Virus record (IMG/VR): IMGVR_UViG_3300017777_001518
Span: 1-33,612 of that record
Source: a virus
Taxonomy: Duplodnaviria; Caudoviricetes
Strand: one strand, 5' to 3'
DNA: 33,612 nucleotides
The notes beneath the pieces are model-generated. The model saw nothing but the letters and a program-made list of their open reading frames with translations, was not told the DNA's origin and did no database searches. The translations under genes and the position numbers were made by a program. The number at the start of each line of letters is the position of its first letter. The stretch's first letter is position 1. Positions 27,185-33,612 of this stretch are shown piece by piece.

Positions 27185-29817
27185 TATTGTGACTTGTTTA
27201 GGTTAATTCTTACTTGAGTTATTTCGGTATCTATCGGTGCATCAGTAATTTTAAACTGTATCGCACGAGAATTGGCAGAAACAAATGAACTAGTAAAATT
27301 TAATGTACTATTTGCATTATCTAGTGATGGAGTAAATGTTTGTTTTACACTAGGATCAGGCAAATAAACACTTGTTGGTGCAGATGCTTGAGCTGGATAT
27401 GTTATAACATATTTAGTTAATGGTTTTAATCTTGTACTAAATTGATATATTGCACCACTAGCCAGTAAAATATACAAATTTGTTCCATCTGGAGATATAT
27501 CCAAACTTCTAGATTGAGTTGATGCAGCAGTAATAGTACCGGCAGGATAACTAGCAACGTTGGTCACAGACGTGGAATGTGTGTTGAAAACAAAACTAAT
27601 CCAAGAGTTGTTTGCTGATGTGGCCGGTTGCATAGTTAAATATGAATTTGTGTAAGTTGAACCTTGGCCTAATTTTAAAAAATTATCGCCGTTTGGTGTA
27701 AAACAACCATCTATCCATGGCGCCTTAGCCCCAATGTTAGTTTGAACCGTTGATGATGGATTCCAATTTGTTACCGATGAAATATCCCATGGAGTACCTA
27801 ATGTTAAAACTGAACTATAGTACGCTCCGTTTGTGTCATATGTTTCCAATACTAAAATTTGTGTACCTGTTCTATTGAATCTGGCCACGGCGATAGCCTG
27901 AACCGACGCTGCAACACTTGGTGGAGTAAAAGTATAGGGGCCATTAACTGATGTTATAGAATTTAAATCGTGTGGTTTTGATAAATTATATTGATATGCC
28001 TGCGTTGATGCGGTTGTTGCGCCCCAAAAAATAAAAAATCTATTACCATTAGGATCAATATCAAATCCATGAATAAAAGTGTAACTAGCATTATAATACC
28101 CACTAGCAGTACTTCCAGCAGTATACATTCCTATTGGACAAAAATTTAAAAATTTTGATGTACTAACATCCCATGGTGTTGTCATCACATACTGATAAAC
28201 ACCTGATCCATAAACAGCAGTAGAATTTCCAATAATATAAAAATAACTACCATTGTTTGAAAATCTCATGGCCATGTTTGCCGCATTTGAATAATCTGTA
28301 ACAGAGGTAGAATTTAATGTTTGGTAATTTTTTGAAAAATATTTAATATAATCGGTTGATCCAGCAGGATCTTTCCATGATAAACCATTTGCTGTTTCTA
28401 CAACAGAACTTAATGTTACTGAAGTTGTTCCATTTAATAAAACAGTGTCATTGGCAGCCAACACACCTGTTCCATCTATACCTACAACTGCTGTTGTGGT
28501 GTTTGCTGCTGTATCTGTATCTAATTCTATTTGATATGACCAAGTTCTTGCGGTATTTGCACTTCTGGTTGCAGCAACATAAACACTTGGTTCCGATAAA
28601 AATGCTCTGTTTGCAGAAGCGGCCATACCAAAACTAGTAACATCAATATTGTAACTCTTTGCTGCGTCTCCACCTTGAGTGTCTAAGTTAAATGTTACGA
28701 TTCCAACTGAACTGGGTGTCCCTATTGGTAGAATCACACCAGTTGTTTTTCCGTCTGCACTCATAATACCTACTGGTCCGTAGCTAGCTGATGATGTGCC
28801 CTGTGCTCCGCTTGAGAAACTTAAAGGAATTGTTTTAGCAACCGATAATGTGTTGAGTTCCCAAGCCGGCGAAAAAGATCCTTGATACAGATTGACTACA
28901 TAGGTTGAAATATATGTCCAAGCATACCAAGTTTTTCCATCTTCTGAAACATCGTAAGTCGCAGGACCAGAAATACCGGTAGGAGTGTAGTTATAACTCG
29001 AAGCTGCTACGTAGCTTGTTACATCAAATGGTACAGCTAGTACGTTCTTGCAACCAGCGGTAGTTCCCTCATAAGACCATACCAATATTGTTGTACCGTC
29101 TCTCGAAATTCTCATGGATTTAGCGTAGTTATAACCATTGCCGCCACTACCGCTCTTCATTATTCTAGATTGAACATTGGTACCTAATGTTGAAATATCC
29201 CATGGTGTAATTAAAGTAAATCTAACTATAGATTCACCTGTAGCAGCAGCAGCGTTCAGCTGATTAACATATCTAAAAAGATATTTTCCGTCATAACTAA
29301 AACAGAAAGCTGAAGCCAATACATTTGAGTTGTATGCACCAATTGTTTTACCAGTTGCTGCACCTGAAGCAAGATTGTTAGGAACATTTAATCTATATTC
29401 TCTTATGACACCATCACCACCACAAATCCACAAAAATTTTCCATCAGGTCTCATGAAATGAGAAGATGCATATGTAGATCCAGCAGTATTATAAATTGTA
29501 TTACCTGAAGATGCACTTCTTGTCGAATCTATTAACTTAGTTGAAGTATTTGATTTAACTGTTCCTGAAGTTATAACACCAATATTTGCACCAATCAAAG
29601 TGGTACCATTGTTACTAACATAAATCTTTGAACCCGTAACTAAACCAGAATAATTACTTGTTACAGATAAAACATTTGCTGTTGTATCGCTTGTTCTTAT
29701 GGTTAATTCATTTACACTATTTGCAGTAATAATTGTTTGATATTCGTTCCAATTGGTATCAGCTACATCTTGGTTGTAGATGCTGCTGATAAAAATGGCG
29801 TTTGCTTTTGCTTTCAT
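27184..29817 (-). CDS. Large virion protein with two probable beta-propeller regions
   Basis: Repeats (F/I)SxDGxx...(Y/F)xLxxPWD(I/V)ST in two blocks. Start is probably ATG 29817 (ATGA overlap). Confidence 0.75.
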   Translation of the reverse strand: MKAKANAIFISSIYNQDVADTNWNEYQTIITANSVNELTIRTSDTTANVLSVTSNYSGLVTGSKIYVSNNGTTLIGANIGVITSGTVKSNTSTKLIDSTRSASSGNTIYNTAGSTYASSHFMRPDGKFLWICGGDGVIREYRLNVPNNLASGAATGKTIGAYNSNVLASAFCFSYDGKYLFRYVNQLNAAAATGESIVRFTLITPWDISTLGTNVQSRIMKSGSGGNGYNYAKSMRISRDGTTILVWSYEGTTAGCKNVLAVPFDVTSYVAASSYNYTPTGISGPATYDVSEDGKTWYAWTYISTYVVNLYQGSFSPAWELNTLSVAKTIPLSFSSGAQGTSSASYGPVGIMSADGKTTGVILPIGTPSSVGIVTFNLDTQGGDAAKSYNIDVTSFGMAASANRAFLSEPSVYVAATRSANTARTWSYQIELDTDTAANTTTAVVGIDGTGVLAANDTVLLNGTTSVTLSSVVETANGLSWKDPAGSTDYIKYFSKNYQTLNSTSVTDYSNAANMAMRFSNNGSYFYIIGNSTAVYGSGVYQYVMTTPWDVSTSKFLNFCPIGMYTAGSTASGYYNASYTFIHGFDIDPNGNRFFIFWGATTASTQAYQYNLSKPHDLNSITSVNGPYTFTPPSVAASVQAIAVARFNRTGTQILVLETYDTNGAYYSSVLTLGTPWDISSVTNWNPSSTVQTNIGAKAPWIDGCFTPNGDNFLKLGQGSTYTNSYLTMQPATSANNSWISFVFNTHSTSVTNVASYPAGTITAASTQSRSLDISPDGTNLYILLASGAIYQFSTRLKPLTKYVITYPAQASAPTSVYLPDPSVKQTFTPSLDNANSTLNFTSSFVSANSRAIQFKITDAPIDTEITQVRINLNKSQ

Positions 29818-30524
29818 GGTACTACCCATCCATAAACCGTATTTGCATAAGAGGTGGAGAAATCTGTCACAACAATAGCTGTGTCTGTTATATTTAGATT
29901 AACAACTAAAACGGTATTTGTACCAACTAAAGAAGTTACACCTGTATAAACACTTTGTGTTGTCATATAATGTGTTGTGTTTGTAGTAACAGCCGGCATC
30001 GTCCAATATACGGTATTTGCTGTTTGAGATACTGAACCATCAGTTGTACTAATTATGTATGCGTAAGCTTGATTATAATTTGTGATTGTAAATGTTTGTG
30101 TTGTTACTTCATTAGCTTGTGTTACACCAGTAACTGTGGGTGTACTTAAACCACCGCCAGCAGAATTTGCTGCAGTAAAGGCCGCATTAGCTTGTATGAA
30201 AGCAGCATTGGCTTGGTTTCTTACCCAAGAATCTGATGCATTGTTTGCTGCAGTAAAGGCCGCATTAGCTTGTATAAATGCTGCGTTAGCTGCTGGCCAA
30301 ACATATGTATTTGATTGTGTGAATCCGGCATTGGCTTGAATGAAAGCAGCATTGGCTTGGTTTCTTACCCAAGAATCAGAAGCATTATTGGCTGCCGTGA
30401 ATGCCGCATTAGCAAATGTAAATAAGTTTACACCATTAGACACTACCGTGTTGGCTGTAATTGTATTTACGGTATAGTTCTGTGTAGAATCTAAACCTGA
30501 TGGAAGTATTTTAGTTAATGCCAT
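29814..30524 (-). CDS. Fibre-like protein: ANAAF heptad stalk plus C-terminal beta domain
   Basis: MALTKI N-terminus, (ANAAFxx)n with DSWVRNQ inserts, Thr-rich C-terminal domain. Confidence 0.75.
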   Translation of the reverse strand: MALTKILPSGLDSTQNYTVNTITANTVVSNGVNLFTFANAAFTAANNASDSWVRNQANAAFIQANAGFTQSNTYVWPAANAAFIQANAAFTAANNASDSWVRNQANAAFIQANAAFTAANSAGGGLSTPTVTGVTQANEVTTQTFTITNYNQAYAYIISTTDGSVSQTANTVYWTMPAVTTNTTHYMTTQSVYTGVTSLVGTNTVLVVNLNITDTAIVVTDFSTSYANTVYGWVVP

Positions 30525-30552
30525 TTGTTACTTTTGTTATCATTGTTTATCC

Positions 30553-31557
30553 TTAAACATCGCCTGCATTTGTTGGGAATATTCTAGCTCCACTACTATT
30601 TGTACCCCACACTAAACGAACAAATCCATTGCCGCCGGCACTGGCTAAACCAACACCATTATCCCATGACCCGCCACCTCCACCGCCAGGAAATCCACCA
30701 TCGCCACCTTTTGAACCGGCAGAGGACAAACCATTTCCGGCTGCACCGTTAGTGGAGACAACTGCGCTACTATATGTAACGCACCCACCACCACCACCAC
30801 CAGTTACATTGCTCTGGCCAGCGCCGCCAGCGCCAGAAGTAAAGCCATTATTAGTACTAGCAGTACCACCGCCGAGATTAGTGCCACCACCACCACCGCT
30901 ACCACCTACTCCATTAGTTGCACCACCAGACGTAGAATGACCGCCAGTTCCACCAGCACCAGCTAATCCACCTGCGCCGCCACCACCACCGCCACCGTCA
31001 TATGCGGCGCCTCCAGTACCACCTGCATAACCGCCAGTAGTTACTCCTACTGGAGTATTTGAAAACAATGGTGCGCTAGGTGCCGCAGCAGAGCCATAGC
31101 CATAAGTTGGTCCACCTAGACCAGCATAAGCAGTTAAAGAAAATGTACTATATGTGATTGAACTTAAATTACCATTGGGTGCAGTAGTATTTTTTATACT
31201 AGTTGCTAATCCGCCTGCTCCAACAACTATACTAAGAGTTGATCCGGAAGTTACTGTGAGGTTACTAAAATAACCGGCTGATGCACCTGATCCACCGCCG
31301 CCGCCGCCGTCACCAGTATTACCGTCATCACCTGCGCCACCACCACCGACTGCCATTGCAGAAATTGTAGTTACTCCAGAAGGCACTGTGAATGTATATG
31401 TACCTGGTGTTGCATAATTTACATATGAAAGTATTATTGGCCAAGTATTAGCTGATTTAGCAATTCTTTGGTCATCGGCCGAATAAACACCACCAGTGCT
31501 ACTTGTACCAATAGTTTGTGTTGTACCAAGTACGCCGTAATTACTTCTTGTTCTCAT
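30553..31557 (-). CDS. Glycine-rich adhesin-like virion protein
   Basis: N-terminal segment ending TWP, FTVPSGVTTISAMAVGGGG, many poly-Gly runs, GGNGFVRLVW. Confidence 0.8.
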   Translation of the reverse strand: MRTRSNYGVLGTTQTIGTSSTGGVYSADDQRIAKSANTWPIILSYVNYATPGTYTFTVPSGVTTISAMAVGGGGAGDDGNTGDGGGGGGSGASAGYFSNLTVTSGSTLSIVVGAGGLATSIKNTTAPNGNLSSITYSTFSLTAYAGLGGPTYGYGSAAAPSAPLFSNTPVGVTTGGYAGGTGGAAYDGGGGGGGAGGLAGAGGTGGHSTSGGATNGVGGSGGGGGTNLGGGTASTNNGFTSGAGGAGQSNVTGGGGGGCVTYSSAVVSTNGAAGNGLSSAGSKGGDGGFPGGGGGGSWDNGVGLASAGGNGFVRLVWGTNSSGARIFPTNAGDV

Positions 31558-31558
31558 T

Positions 31559-31915
31559 TTAACTCATCAATTCGTAGCTTGCAGTAAAATTGACAGAAGA
31601 ATTTGCCGATGCTTGTGCTTGTAATACATCACCCTCTTCTAAGTATACACTTGTATCTTTGCCTAATAGCACCAACGTTGAATTTCCAGGTATAACGACA
31701 CTACCACCTAGATAATAAACAGTTGAACTACGATTGATTATTACATTTGCAGAAACACTTGTACTAGTATAATTAGTTAAAATTACATTATTAAGTTTAT
31801 CTACTGTACCACTAGCCGAACTATTTGTAATAACATTACTTGTTACTGTAGTCAAGGCGGCCACTGCCGTTCTTCCTGTTACTGATGTTATGTTTACCAT
31901 ATTTGGTGCTGCCAT
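31559..31915 (-). CDS. Small beta-rich virion protein (possible fibre adaptor)
   Basis: MAAPNMVN...VYLEEGDVL...ASYELMS; 1-nt gaps to both neighbours. Confidence 0.75.
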   Translation of the reverse strand: MAAPNMVNITSVTGRTAVAALTTVTSNVITNSSASGTVDKLNNVILTNYTSTSVSANVIINRSSTVYYLGGSVVIPGNSTLVLLGKDTSVYLEEGDVLQAQASANSSVNFTASYELMS

Positions 31916-31916
31916 T

Positions 31917-33578
31917 TTATCCTCCGAATATTATCGCCATTGCTATAGATTTACCCAATGTTACCGCACTATTTGCTTTTGTAAATGCTGCATTAGCATA
32001 TGAGCCTGCTGAGTTAGCTGCTGGCCAAACATATGTATTTGATTGTGTGAATACGGCATTGGCTTGAATGAAAGCAGCATTGGCTTGGTTTCTTACCCAA
32101 GAATCTAAAGCATTGTTGGCTGCAGTAAAGGCCGCATTAGCTTGTATAAATGCTGCGTTAGCTGCTGGCCAAACATATGTATTTGATTGTGTGAATCCGG
32201 CATTGGCTTGAATGAAAGCAGCATTGGCTTGATTACGAACCCAAGAATCTAAAGCATTGTTGGCTGCCGTGAATGCCGCATTGGCTTGTAAGAAGGCCCC
32301 GTTAGCATACAATGCTGCTGAGTTAGCAATCGCTTGTGGTGTACTGGCTGCTAGTAATGCCGAATTACCTGTTTGTCTAGCGGCCGTATCAATTGTTGTA
32401 TTTAGTGCTATGTTTGCAAAAGACGTTACATCTATTATTGAACTGTTGGTTGGTGCACCAGTAAATGAAATAGTATTTCCAGAAATCGTATAAGCAGATT
32501 TTAATTGAAATACACCATCAATGTTAACGAGTGTGTAACTGACATCTAATGGAGAAGCCGTTAATGTAAATCCTGTTGTTGTACCATCACCAGTAAATGT
32601 ATTATAATAAAGTTCATTACCGGCACTATTAGCATTATTGGCTGCTGCAAAGGCCGCATTAGCTTGTATGAAGGCACCATTCGCTTGATTACGAACCCAT
32701 GAATCGGAAGCATTATTAGCGGCAGTAAAAGCCGCATTAGCATACAGAGCAGCTGAGTTAGCCGTACCAAAAGCAGAGTTGGCATAACTACCAGCACTTG
32801 TTGCTTTACCATCAGCCGTATTGGCTGCTGTAAATGCTGAGTTCGCATATGACTCCGCTGATGAAGCTGCTATGTTACTATAGTTTGTGCCATCATTAGT
32901 GAACTGCCACGAGTTTACCGATTCTTTCCATACAATGGATGTGTTTGTTGAACTGCCACGGTTGATTTCTATACCAGCATCTTGTGTTGGTACACCTGTT
33001 ACATTAGAATTTAATGTAATGATGTTATCTTGAACAGTTGAATTGATTGTATTGGCGTAAAATCTTGTACCTGTTACTGTTAAGTTACCTGTAACAACTG
33101 TATCACCTGAGATTGTACCACCAGATGAATTAAATTTTGAGTTAGCTGCTGTAAACGCAGCGTTAGCATATGACGCAGCAGAATTGGCTGTATCAAATGC
33201 AGCATTAGCTTGACCTCTGACCCACGAATCTAGAGCATTGTTTGCTGCCAAGAAGGCAGCGTTAGCATATAAGGCAGCTGAGTTAGCCGTAGCAAATGCT
33301 GAGTTAGCATATGAACCAGCCGTGACTGACTTACCATCTGCTGTGTTAGCTGCCGTGAAAGCTGAGTTGGCGTAAGATGAACCGGAGTTTGCAGTACCAA
33401 ATGCCAAGTTGGCTTGATTACGAACCCATGAATCGGAAGCATTATTAGCCGCAGTGAATGCAGCGTTAGCATATAAGGCAGCTGAGTTAGCCGTACCAAA
33501 CGCAGCGTTAGCTTGTACAAAAGCATCACTTGCTGTTGTATCATCTATAATAAATGGTTTTATCTTTAATAATGACAT
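31917..33578 (-). CDS. Long fibre-like protein with ANAAF heptad repeats and inserted beta modules
   Basis: (ANxAF/Yxx)n, GGTISG..GNLTVTG and DAGIEINRG module, FTGDGTTTGFTL...DGVFQ module, C-terminus GKSIAMAIIFGG. Confidence 0.8.
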   Translation of the reverse strand: MSLLKIKPFIIDDTTASDAFVQANAAFGTANSAALYANAAFTAANNASDSWVRNQANLAFGTANSGSSYANSAFTAANTADGKSVTAGSYANSAFATANSAALYANAAFLAANNALDSWVRGQANAAFDTANSAASYANAAFTAANSKFNSSGGTISGDTVVTGNLTVTGTRFYANTINSTVQDNIITLNSNVTGVPTQDAGIEINRGSSTNTSIVWKESVNSWQFTNDGTNYSNIAASSAESYANSAFTAANTADGKATSAGSYANSAFGTANSAALYANAAFTAANNASDSWVRNQANGAFIQANAAFAAANNANSAGNELYYNTFTGDGTTTGFTLTASPLDVSYTLVNIDGVFQLKSAYTISGNTISFTGAPTNSSIIDVTSFANIALNTTIDTAARQTGNSALLAASTPQAIANSAALYANGAFLQANAAFTAANNALDSWVRNQANAAFIQANAGFTQSNTYVWPAANAAFIQANAAFTAANNALDSWVRNQANAAFIQANAVFTQSNTYVWPAANSAGSYANAAFTKANSAVTLGKSIAMAIIFGG

Positions 33579-33601
33579 TTTTCTTTTTGGTTATTATTCC
33601 A

Positions 33602-33609
33602 TATTTATG
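33602..33609 (-). promoter_or_regulatory. Late promoter (CATAAATA) for the fibre cluster
   Basis: Near-consensus late box 24 nt upstream of ATG 33578. Confidence 0.65.
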
Positions 33610-33612
33610 GTA

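Larger units (their letters stand above)
30247..32231. repeat. 113-bp exact repeat shared by two fibre genes (30247-30359 = 32119-32231)
   Basis: Identical by eye at an offset of 1872; flanks are also highly similar. Confidence 0.88.

Noticed and set aside
29790-29840. Frameshifted single gene joining the 236-aa and propeller ORFs
   Set aside because: The junction is a standard ATGA stop/start overlap with no clear slippery site, so two coupled genes is simpler.
30196-32282. DGR template/variable repeat pair
   Set aside because: Both copies are coding stalk sequence, mismatches are not adenine-specific, and no reverse transcriptase is in the window.
324-32493. Numerous plus-strand ORFs in the track (e.g. 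324-815, 5812-6156, 22727-23170, 25134-25508, 30629-30940)
   Set aside because: They are antisense shadows of well-supported genes. The Pro-rich one is simply the reverse of Gly codon runs.
30168-33520. CRISPR-like look of the recurring repeats
   Set aside because: The repeats are in-frame coding heptads with no unique spacers, and no cas genes are present.
1-33612. Stop-codon reassignment, tRNA or rRNA genes
   Set aside because: Core genes are full length in the standard code, and no intergenic gap shows a cloverleaf.

Overview
This window comes from a large T4-like myophage with a gene order resembling environmental T4-likes; the host cannot be determined from it. All credible genes are on the minus strand. 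In transcription order (right to left) it holds a variable fibre/adhesin cluster, then neck genes g13-g15, an inserted Ig-like/Gly-rich adhesin and a 33-aa remnant ORF. Next come terminase g16-g17, tail g18-g19, portal g20, head genes g21-g23, g3, uvsY, uvsW, the late sigma g55, and g47-g46. An accessory block follows (peptide deformylase, a standalone DruA/DUF4338-like gene, a winged-HTH protein, a glycosyltransferase-like protein and a dNMP kinase), then sliding clamp g45. Non-coding signals are clear: consensus sigma70 promoters, T4 late TATAAATA-type boxes and intrinsic terminators. The most notable observations are the phage-borne DruA-like gene with possible modification neighbours, a strong antisense sigma70 promoter just upstream of g55, a probably leaderless g47 mRNA, and a modular fibre system sharing an exact 113-bp sequence between two genes. 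Product names come from motif recognition and gene order, not database searches.
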